DNA of 32,000 nucleotides from an uncultured Alphaproteobacteria bacterium (GTDB taxonomy: Bacteria; Pseudomonadota; Alphaproteobacteria; Rs-D84; CACZYB01), in contig CAKQHZ010000001.1 of the NCBI GenBank assembly GCA_934246625.1, forward strand, positions 570,001 to 602,000. Reading direction: 5' to 3'. The notes under the pieces are model-generated. The model saw only the letters and a program-made list of their open reading frames with translations. It was not told the origin of the DNA and did not search any database. The first letter of the stretch is position 1; each line of letters opens with the position of its first letter. The position numbers were made by a program, and so were the translations under genes. Shown one piece after another: positions 24,997-32,000 of the stretch.

Positions 24997-25989
24997 ATGG
25001 ATAAGCAAGTTTTTAACTTTGTTGTGGAAAATGAATTTGATGGTTGGCGAATTGATAAGTGGTTGGCAAAAATGGTGCCAACTGTTTCTCGTGTTAGATT
25101 GCAAAAAATGCTTAAATCCGGATTTGTCCTTGATTCCAATGATGAAGTTGTTGCTGATGTAAGACTTAAAATTTCAGAAGGTGATAGCTTTACAATAACT
25201 ATTGTTCCAGAAGAAAAGTCATTTATTATGAAACCTCAGGATATTCCTTTGGATATTTTATATGAAGATGATGATTTGATTGTTATAAATAAACCTGCTG
25301 GTATGGTTTGTCATCAGGGTGCAGGTCGTGAAGATGGAACTTTGGTTAACGCTTTGTTGTATCATACAAATGGTGTGCTTTCTTCTTTTGGTGCAGAGGC
25401 TGGACGTGCAGGTATTGTGCATAGACTTGATAAGGACACAAGTGGTGCGATGATGGCTTGTAAATCGGATAGGGCTCATATTGAAATGTATAAGCAATTT
25501 GCGAATCACGATGTGAAACGAGAATATTATGCTCTTGTTTGGGGAATTGTTAATCCTGTGGCTGGTGTGATTGATAAAAATATTGGAAGAAATCCTCATA
25601 ACAGGCAAGAAATGCAGGTTATGGTTGATGGTGGTAAAAAGGCAATTACCAATTATGAAACTTTGGAAGTTTTTACTGGTTCAAAATTTAAGCCTGTAAG
25701 TCTTATAAAATGTCAACTTGAAACAGGAAGGACCCATCAAATTCGTGTTCATCTTGCATCTATGGGTAATCCGATTATTGGAGATGCAGTTTATGGTAAT
25801 ATTCCAAAGCAATTAGTGCAAATTGAAAACAAGGAGGTTAAGACTATGCTTGCCTCTGTGAAAAGACAAATGCTTCATAGTAAAAATATAGAGTTTGTTC
25901 ACCCTATAACAAAGGAGTTATTAAAGTTTGAAACAAAGATACCAGATGATATGCAAGCTATACTTGATTTCTTTAGGTATGAAGTTTAA
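24997..25989 (+). CDS. rluD: RluA-family 23S rRNA pseudouridine synthase, RluD-like
   Basis: 330 aa. N-terminal S4 domain (RIDKWLAKMVPTVSRVRLQKMLKSGFV), catalytic HRLDKDTSG, and GRTHQIRVHLA. Confidence 0.88.
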   Translation: MDKQVFNFVVENEFDGWRIDKWLAKMVPTVSRVRLQKMLKSGFVLDSNDEVVADVRLKISEGDSFTITIVPEEKSFIMKPQDIPLDILYEDDDLIVINKPAGMVCHQGAGREDGTLVNALLYHTNGVLSSFGAEAGRAGIVHRLDKDTSGAMMACKSDRAHIEMYKQFANHDVKREYYALVWGIVNPVAGVIDKNIGRNPHNRQEMQVMVDGGKKAITNYETLEVFTGSKFKPVSLIKCQLETGRTHQIRVHLASMGNPIIGDAVYGNIPKQLVQIENKEVKTMLASVKRQMLHSKNIEFVHPITKELLKFETKIPDDMQAILDFFRYEV

Positions 25990-26004
25990 AGATAGGAGTT
26001 TGAA

Positions 26005-26775
26005 ATGGAAATGATACGAAAAATTGGAGTATTGGGTATTGATTTTATGAAATCAGTTGGAAGGTTCCTTGTATTTTTAATGCAAGCGATTCATAATTGT
26101 TTTTTGCCTCCGTATTATCCGAAAATTTTGTTGCGACAGATGATTGAAATAGGGTTTTATTCTTTGTCTGTGGTTGCTTTGACTGCTTTGTTTGCTGGTA
26201 TGGTGTTGGCATTACAAAGTTATTCTGGATTTTCAAGTTTTTCTGCCGAAGGTGCTGTTGCAACAGTTGTTGAAATTGCAATTACTCGTGAGCTTGGCCC
26301 TGTGTTTGCGGGACTTATGGTTGCGGGTCGAATCGGTGCAACTATGGCGGCAAGTATTGGAACTATGCGTGTAACAGAACAAATTGATGCTCTTAAAACA
26401 CTTTCAACAAATCCGTTTAAATATATTGTTTCACCACGTGTGCTTGCAGGAATTCTTGTTATGCCACTTTTGGTTTTGATTGCTGATATTATTGGAATTT
26501 TTGGTGGTTTCCTTGTCAGTGTGAACGAGCTTGGTTTTAATCCCTATACTTATATAAAGGATACCTATGATACACTTAAAACTATTGATGTGATAGTTGG
26601 TATTACAAAGGGTGCAACCTTTGGTGCGATTATAACATCTTTGGGTTGTTATTATGGCTATTATACAGAAGGTGGTGCCGAAGGTGTTGGTAAATCAACA
26701 ACCAATGCAGTGGTGATTTCTTCTATTTTAATACTTATTTCAAATTATATATTAACAGCATTGTTCTTTAATTAA
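26005..26775 (+). CDS. mlaE: Phospholipid ABC transporter permease MlaE
   Basis: 256 aa polytopic protein. Family-typical TRELGPVFAGLMVAGRIGATMAASIGTMRVTEQIDAL. Confidence 0.9.
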   Translation: MEMIRKIGVLGIDFMKSVGRFLVFLMQAIHNCFLPPYYPKILLRQMIEIGFYSLSVVALTALFAGMVLALQSYSGFSSFSAEGAVATVVEIAITRELGPVFAGLMVAGRIGATMAASIGTMRVTEQIDALKTLSTNPFKYIVSPRVLAGILVMPLLVLIADIIGIFGGFLVSVNELGFNPYTYIKDTYDTLKTIDVIVGITKGATFGAIITSLGCYYGYYTEGGAEGVGKSTTNAVVISSILILISNYILTALFFN

Positions 26776-26786
26776 GGAGTTTTATT

Positions 26787-27548
26787 ATGGATAAAAATTT
26801 TGAAAATAACAAACCTGTGATAGAACTTAAAAATGTATATAAATCTTTTGGTTCAAAATATGTGCTTCGTGATTTTGATTTAAGTATTTATAAGGGACAA
26901 TCTGTGGTAATGCTTGGTCAATCAGGTATGGGAAAATCTGTAAGTATTCGACTTATGCTTGGTTTATTGGAAGCAGATAGTGGTAGTATAAAAATAAATG
27001 GTAATGAAATTTCAAATTTCAGTGATAAGGAATTTTATGAAAACAATAAAAAAATGGGAATGCTTTTCCAAAATGGGGCATTGTTTGACAGTATGACTGT
27101 GTGGGAAAATGTCGCATTTGGTCTTATCAATGTGGAAAAGATGAATCCTGAAGTGGCTCGAAAAATTGCGATTGAAAAATTGGCTGATGTTGGGTTGACT
27201 GCAAAGGTTGCGGATATGATGCCAAGTGAACTTTCTGGTGGTATGAAAAAACGTGTGGGTCTTGCCCGTGCGATTGCAACAAATCCAGAGATAATCTTTT
27301 TTGATGAACCGACAACTGGACTTGATCCAATTATGTCTGATGTTATCAATGATTTGATTGTGCGATGTGTGAAACAACTTGGGGCTACGGCATTGACTAT
27401 TACACACGATATTGCAAGTGCGAAAAAAATAGCAGACAGAATTGTTATGCTTTATGATGGAAAAATTATTTGGGACGGAACTCCTGATGATCTTTCACGT
27501 CCAAATAATGATTATGTTGAACATTTTGTTAAGGGTGTTGCAATTTAA
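26787..27548 (+). CDS. mlaF: Phospholipid ABC transporter ATP-binding protein MlaF
   Basis: 253 aa. Walker A GQSGMGKSVSIR, signature LSGGMKKRVGLARA, Walker B IIFFDEPTTGLDP. Confidence 0.9.
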   Translation: MDKNFENNKPVIELKNVYKSFGSKYVLRDFDLSIYKGQSVVMLGQSGMGKSVSIRLMLGLLEADSGSIKINGNEISNFSDKEFYENNKKMGMLFQNGALFDSMTVWENVAFGLINVEKMNPEVARKIAIEKLADVGLTAKVADMMPSELSGGMKKRVGLARAIATNPEIIFFDEPTTGLDPIMSDVINDLIVRCVKQLGATALTITHDIASAKKIADRIVMLYDGKIIWDGTPDDLSRPNNDYVEHFVKGVAI

Positions 27549-27595
27549 TATAAATTAGGTTATTATTTAATAGAATAATTTAAGAGGGGATTTTT

Positions 27596-28210
27596 ATGAA
27601 GACATTTATTTTTTCATTACTTTTTGTTTTGACTTTTGGTTTTAATTCTTTTGCTGCAAGCCTATCATCTATTACAGCAAGTTCATATTGTGATATTGCT
27701 TTGCCAGAGGAAGCAAAGGATAAAATTAAATTTTATCAATATAAAATAAATGTTGATACTAGTGTTTTTTTTAAAGAAAATGAAGATGAAAATGAAAATA
27801 GTTATTTTGTTGGTTTGTCAAATGTTATAAATAGCTTAAAGAAAGTTGCTTCTGATATACAAATAGAATCTTTTGAAGATGATCCTGATGAAGATCTATT
27901 ATATATTAATGTTATAACAAATTCACCAAATGCAAAATTATTGTCTAGAAATTGGGCTTTTGCTATGTATGATTTTAATAATTATCGTTTTGATAAGAAA
28001 TATTTATCAGAATTACAGCAAACAGATGAATATATAAAGTGTTATTATAAGGCAAAAAAGGATACATTCAAAAAATTTATGGAATATAAAGATATTTTGA
28101 AACTGGGTAAGGTTGATGGTCATATTTTTTTAAACTGTTCACCATCATATATTAAAAATGGAAATAAACTTCGTATAGCCTGTGAAATGACTGGAAGTTT
28201 TTCTTATTAG
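27596..28210 (+). CDS. Hypothetical secreted 204-aa protein
   Basis: AGAGGGG SD. Signal peptide MKTFIFSLLFVLTFGFNSFAAS. Acidic patches (ENEDENEN, EDDPDED). No family recognised. Confidence 0.55.
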   Translation: MKTFIFSLLFVLTFGFNSFAASLSSITASSYCDIALPEEAKDKIKFYQYKINVDTSVFFKENEDENENSYFVGLSNVINSLKKVASDIQIESFEDDPDEDLLYINVITNSPNAKLLSRNWAFAMYDFNNYRFDKKYLSELQQTDEYIKCYYKAKKDTFKKFMEYKDILKLGKVDGHIFLNCSPSYIKNGNKLRIACEMTGSFSY

Positions 28211-28273
28211 AGCTTTTTTATTGCCTTATATCTTTGAATGTGTTAATTTATATTTCATAAATTGGAGACATTT

Positions 28274-29299
28274 ATGGATATTAAAAAACGTGAAATTTCA
28301 TTTGATATAATTCGATTATTTGCAATCTTTTTGGTTGTGTTTAGTCATATTATTGCAGTTGGAATTTTTGTTTTTCGAACAACGATAGGTAATGTTATTT
28401 TACTTGATTTTTTCTTTCATCTTGGAGTGCCATTATTTTTTATGTTAAGTGGTGCGTTGACATTAAAAAATAAATTATCTGTAAAAGAATTTTATAAGAA
28501 AAAGATTTCAAAGTTTATTGTTCCTTTTATTTTTTGGAATATTTTTTATATGTATTTATTTGAATTAGGTAATATGACCAATAATTTTATGTTTAGGGAT
28601 TTTTCATTTTCAAAATTGGGTGAATTTTTGTATATGACTTTTTATCCATGGTATCATTTATGGTTTTTGAATTGTTTGTTTATTCTTTATTTTATTTCTC
28701 CTTTTATTGCAAATTTTGTTCATAATGAAAAAAATAAAAAATACTTTTTTGCATTTGTTGCACTTTACATAATACTTGATATTTTTAAAATAAATATTTT
28801 GAATAGGCATTTTTATTTTTCACTTAGCTATTTGATTTATTTTGTGATTGGTTATTATCTTTCAAAGATGGATTTTAAAAGGTATAAAATTCCCTTGTTT
28901 TGTTTGTTTGGAATTGGATTTGTTATTCTCTTTATGGTAAGAACTTTTTTTGCAGAATTTTATGTCGCACATAATCATGTTGAATTTGTTATGTATTACC
29001 TTTCTTATGCAAGATGGTGGTTTATTGTTTTGGCATCATTGTTTTTTATGATTATTCGCAGTTTTAATTTTGAAAATTTATCAGGAACCAAAGTTGGAAA
29101 AGCTATTTCATCATTGGCGAATTTAACGTTTGGTGTATATCTTGTTCACCCATTATTTCTTCAAATATTAAGAATAATTTTTAAATCTACGGGAATAGTA
29201 AAATATGGAAATTTATATATAATTTTTATTACGTATGTTGGTTCATTTCTTTTTACTTTTTTAATTAAAAAAATAAAATATGTTAAAAATATTGTGTGA
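28274..29299 (+). CDS. Acyltransferase family 3 (OafA/YrhL-like) integral membrane O-acyltransferase
   Basis: I prefer ATG 28274 (GGAG SD at 28264-28267). N-terminal EISFDIIRLFAIFLVVFSHI signature and about 10 TM helices. TGA stop. Confidence 0.75.
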   Translation: MDIKKREISFDIIRLFAIFLVVFSHIIAVGIFVFRTTIGNVILLDFFFHLGVPLFFMLSGALTLKNKLSVKEFYKKKISKFIVPFIFWNIFYMYLFELGNMTNNFMFRDFSFSKLGEFLYMTFYPWYHLWFLNCLFILYFISPFIANFVHNEKNKKYFFAFVALYIILDIFKINILNRHFYFSLSYLIYFVIGYYLSKMDFKRYKIPLFCLFGIGFVILFMVRTFFAEFYVAHNHVEFVMYYLSYARWWFIVLASLFFMIIRSFNFENLSGTKVGKAISSLANLTFGVYLVHPLFLQILRIIFKSTGIVKYGNLYIIFITYVGSFLFTFLIKKIKYVKNIV

Positions 29300-29308
29300 G
29301 GTTTTTTT

Positions 29309-30673
29309 ATGAAAAATAAGATTATTTTTGAATGTCAAAATTGTGGTGCAAAGTATTCAAAATGGCTTGGTAAGTGTGAGGCTTGTAATTCTTGGAATAC
29401 TATTGTAGAGGCAAGAGATGAAACGGCTTCTATACCAACGGGACTTACCGCTGGGGTAGGAGGTATTAAACTTTCATTTTGTGGACTTGATGGAAATAGT
29501 TCTGATTATCCACGAATTTCTTGTGGTATAAAGGAGCTTGATAGAACATTGGGTGGTGGTTTGGTTGCAGGTGGAGTTATTCTTGTCGGTGGAGACCCAG
29601 GTATTGGAAAGTCAACAATACTTTTACAGGCGGTTTCCAATGTTGCAAGGAATGGTAAAGTTTTTTATTTGACTGGTGAAGAATCTGTGCATCAAGTAAG
29701 AATGCGAGCATCAAGACTTGGGCTTTCTGATGCCCCTGTAAAATTGGCAGCAAATTCAAATATTCGTGATATTGTTGCAACTCTTAAGGAAGAAGATGAT
29801 GTAAAGGTTGTTGTAATAGATTCTATACAGACAATGTTTTTGGATAGTATTGAATCGGCTCCTGGAACTATTTCTCAAGTAAGGAGTTGTGCGAATGAGC
29901 TTATCAGACTTGCAAAGCAAAAAAATTTTACATTGTTTTTGATTGGGCATGTGACAAAAGAGGGGGCTCTTGCTGGACCTCGTGTTCTTGAACATATGGT
30001 TGATACAGTTTTATATTTTGAAGGCGAGCGTGGACATCACTTTAGGATTCTTCGTTCTGTTAAAAATCGATATGGTGCAACCGATGAAATTGGTGTGTTT
30101 GAAATGACGGAAAAGGGACTTTGTGAAGTGGCGAATCCATCGGCTTTGTTTTTGGCGGAACGTAGGGGGAATATTTCTGGGTCTTCGGTTTTTGCAGGTA
30201 TAGAAGGCACAAGACCTTTGCTTTTGGAAATACAGGCTTTGGTTTCAGCTTCAAATTATGGTAATGCAAAGCGTTCTGTAGTTGGATATGATTTGGCAAG
30301 ACTTTCTATGATTACGGCTGTTTTAGATGCTCGATGTCATCAAGAATTTTATAATTATGATATATTTTTGAATATTGCTGGTGGGCTTAAAATTTCTGAA
30401 CCTGCTGGCGATTTGGCTGTTGCTGCTGCATTGATGTCATCAAAAAATAATATTCCTGCTCCTGCTGATATGGCTATATTTGGTGAGATTGGGTTGTCTG
30501 GTGAAATTCGTGCGGTGAATTTGATGGATTTGCGTGTTAAGGAGGCGGCAAAACTTGGGTTTAAAAAAGTTTTAATGCCAAAGTCGATTAAGAAAAAAAA
30601 TCTTCCAGATTTGGGAATAAAAATTATTGAAATAGGTCATCTACAAGATTTGATAAATATGTTTATGAAATAA
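29309..30673 (+). CDS. radA: DNA repair protein RadA (Sms)
   Basis: 454 aa. Zinc finger CQNCGAKYSKWLGKCEACNSWNT, Walker A GGDPGIGKSTILLQ, KNRYG motif, and a C-terminal Lon-like domain. Confidence 0.96.
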   Translation: MKNKIIFECQNCGAKYSKWLGKCEACNSWNTIVEARDETASIPTGLTAGVGGIKLSFCGLDGNSSDYPRISCGIKELDRTLGGGLVAGGVILVGGDPGIGKSTILLQAVSNVARNGKVFYLTGEESVHQVRMRASRLGLSDAPVKLAANSNIRDIVATLKEEDDVKVVVIDSIQTMFLDSIESAPGTISQVRSCANELIRLAKQKNFTLFLIGHVTKEGALAGPRVLEHMVDTVLYFEGERGHHFRILRSVKNRYGATDEIGVFEMTEKGLCEVANPSALFLAERRGNISGSSVFAGIEGTRPLLLEIQALVSASNYGNAKRSVVGYDLARLSMITAVLDARCHQEFYNYDIFLNIAGGLKISEPAGDLAVAAALMSSKNNIPAPADMAIFGEIGLSGEIRAVNLMDLRVKEAAKLGFKKVLMPKSIKKKNLPDLGIKIIEIGHLQDLINMFMK

Positions 30674-30692
30674 AAATTAGGAGAAATAGACT

Positions 30693-31676
30693 ATGAAATT
30701 TTTTATGAAAAAGAAATATCCTTTTCGTGTAAGATTGGAGGCATCAACACTTTGCCAATTAAATTGTCGTGATTGTTTTATGCGAAAAAATAAATGTGGA
30801 GCGGTTGGGTCTGGATTTTTAAAGTTGGTGGATTTTGTTGCTTTCCTTGATAAAAATCCATTTATCAAAGAGATTGAATTATCAAATAATGGTGAAATTT
30901 TTCTTAATCCTCAGTTATTAGATATTCTTAGAGTTGCGTATGAGCGTGGAGTTGATATTTATGCTTCGAATGGTGTGAATTTTAATACAGTATCTGATGA
31001 AATGTTGGAGGCGTTGGTAAAGTATGGTGTTAAGAAAATTACTTTTTCTATTGATGGAGCTTCTCAAGAAATTTATTCAAAATACAGACGAAATGGTAAT
31101 TTTGATACGGTTATAAATAATATTAGAAAACTTAATGAATATAAGAAAAAGTATGATAGCTTTTTCCCATTGATGAAATGGCAATATGTTATTATGGATA
31201 CGAATGATAGCGAAAGTGAAATTTTAAAGGCGAAAAAGTTAGCGGAGGAATTAAACCTTAAAATGGTTTTTAAGAAAACTTGGAATCAAAATTATGTCCC
31301 AAAAAATCCAGAAATGTTGGAAAAATTGACTGGACTTTCTTTTTCAAATAAAGATGCTTTTTTTGAAGGTCGTAAGCGTTTTATTCCGTGTGCAGATTTA
31401 TGGAAAAATCCACAAATCAATTATGATGGAAGATTTTTAGGGTGTTGTTGTAATTATACTTTGCCATTTGATATAAATGTTTTTGATGTTGGACTTAAGA
31501 AATGTTTAGATTCAAAAGTTGTTCGCAAAAGTAAAGAAATGCTTAAGGGTGGAAAGCCATATAAGGACTCTCCTTGCTATAAATGTTATTTTTATTCAGA
31601 TTTGTTGAAAAGTAAAAATTTTATTAAGGAAGAAGAATTTGAAAATGATTATAGTAGTGATGCTATGATGTATTAG
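30693..31676 (+). CDS. Radical SAM enzyme with a C-terminal SPASM/Twitch-like Cys cluster
   Basis: 327 aa. AGGAG SD. CX3CX2C motif CQLNCRDC near the N-terminus. The C-terminal CADLWKNPQINYDGRFLGC segment matches CX12GX4C, followed by CC and CYKC. Confidence 0.8.
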   Translation: MKFFMKKKYPFRVRLEASTLCQLNCRDCFMRKNKCGAVGSGFLKLVDFVAFLDKNPFIKEIELSNNGEIFLNPQLLDILRVAYERGVDIYASNGVNFNTVSDEMLEALVKYGVKKITFSIDGASQEIYSKYRRNGNFDTVINNIRKLNEYKKKYDSFFPLMKWQYVIMDTNDSESEILKAKKLAEELNLKMVFKKTWNQNYVPKNPEMLEKLTGLSFSNKDAFFEGRKRFIPCADLWKNPQINYDGRFLGCCCNYTLPFDINVFDVGLKKCLDSKVVRKSKEMLKGGKPYKDSPCYKCYFYSDLLKSKNFIKEEEFENDYSSDAMMY

Positions 31677-31733
31677 ATTGTCCTTGATAATTACTTGTTT
31701 TTATGCTATTTTATAAAGGTTAGGAGAGATAAA

Positions 31734-32000
31734 TTGTTCACATTTTTAGATTTTATTTTTTTGGTTGTGGTTGTTGCATCGGCTGTGTTTGCATACAATG
31801 GTGGACTTATTTCCGAGGCTTTTGGAATTGGTTCATGGATTGTGACTGCGATTTTAACAAAATATTTCTATCCTGTGGTGGAACCTCAATTTGCATCACT
31901 ATTCGGACAAAGTAATGTGTTTTCTTCTATGTCCGCATATATTTCAGTTTTTGTTGTGTTTATAATGTTTTTGTCCTTTATAAATAAAAGTATGGCAAAA
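31734..32000 (+). CDS. cvpA: CvpA-family membrane protein, N-terminal 89 codons; runs off the right edge
   Basis: Absent from the ORF track because there is no stop in the window. TTG start after AGGAGAG. LFTFLDFIFLVVVVASAVFAYNGGLISEAFGIGSWIVTAILTKYFYP matches the CvpA N-terminus. Position next to radA is the usual proteobacterial neighbourhood. Confidence 0.7.
   Translation, partial: MFTFLDFIFLVVVVASAVFAYNGGLISEAFGIGSWIVTAILTKYFYPVVEPQFASLFGQSNVFSSMSAYISVFVVFIMFLSFINKSMAK

Noticed and set aside
27012-27407. Three overlapping minus-strand ORFs within mlaF
   Set aside because: They are antisense to a canonical ABC ATPase with all motifs intact, and nothing supports them as coding.
1-32000. 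CRISPR arrays, IS elements, prophage or toxin-antitoxin/defence islands
   Set aside because: I could find no regularly spaced direct repeats, no transposase, integrase or phage structural genes, and no nuclease/ATPase pairs outside known housekeeping families.

Overview
Strongly AT-rich, gene-dense bacterial chromosomal window using the standard code (TGA is used as a stop at 29297-29299). Most of it is housekeeping. I call truB (partial, left edge), mutS, ychF, mutL, a short RNase D-like exonuclease, dnaA, a bactofilin, one tRNA-Thr(CGU), HIT, an XRE regulator, lemA-like, plsC, DUF218, ftsX, ftsE, a zinc-ribbon/DUF3426 protein, rluD, mlaE, mlaF, radA and cvpA (partial, right edge). Local synteny suggests a reduced alphaproteobacterium, Rickettsiales/Holosporales-like; this is inference only. 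The supporting arrangements are ftsE-ftsX-DUF218-plsC with a divergent MJ0042-type zinc-ribbon gene, radA near cvpA, and an alpha-type XRE regulator. I see no CRISPR array, rRNA, transposase, integrase or obvious defence genes. The best candidate for something undescribed is a three-gene operon at 16364-20658. It encodes unusually large (455-502 aa) pilin-like paralogues with prepilin-type N-termini and a PilV/shufflon-constant-region-like core motif. Their C-terminal halves are unrelated to each other, and no pilus machinery or recombinase is nearby. Secondary oddities: (1) a radical SAM/SPASM-type gene wedged between radA and cvpA; (2) a 711-aa secreted Cys-rich/coiled-coil protein next to dnaA; (3) a DUF2934 protein with a histone-H1-like tail divergent from the bactofilin; (4) a cluster of GANTC sites in the long dnaA upstream spacer, which lacks recognisable DnaA boxes; (5) a tRNA abutting an mRNA and carrying an A19:U56 covariation. 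All family assignments rest on motif recognition by eye and need HMM or structure confirmation.
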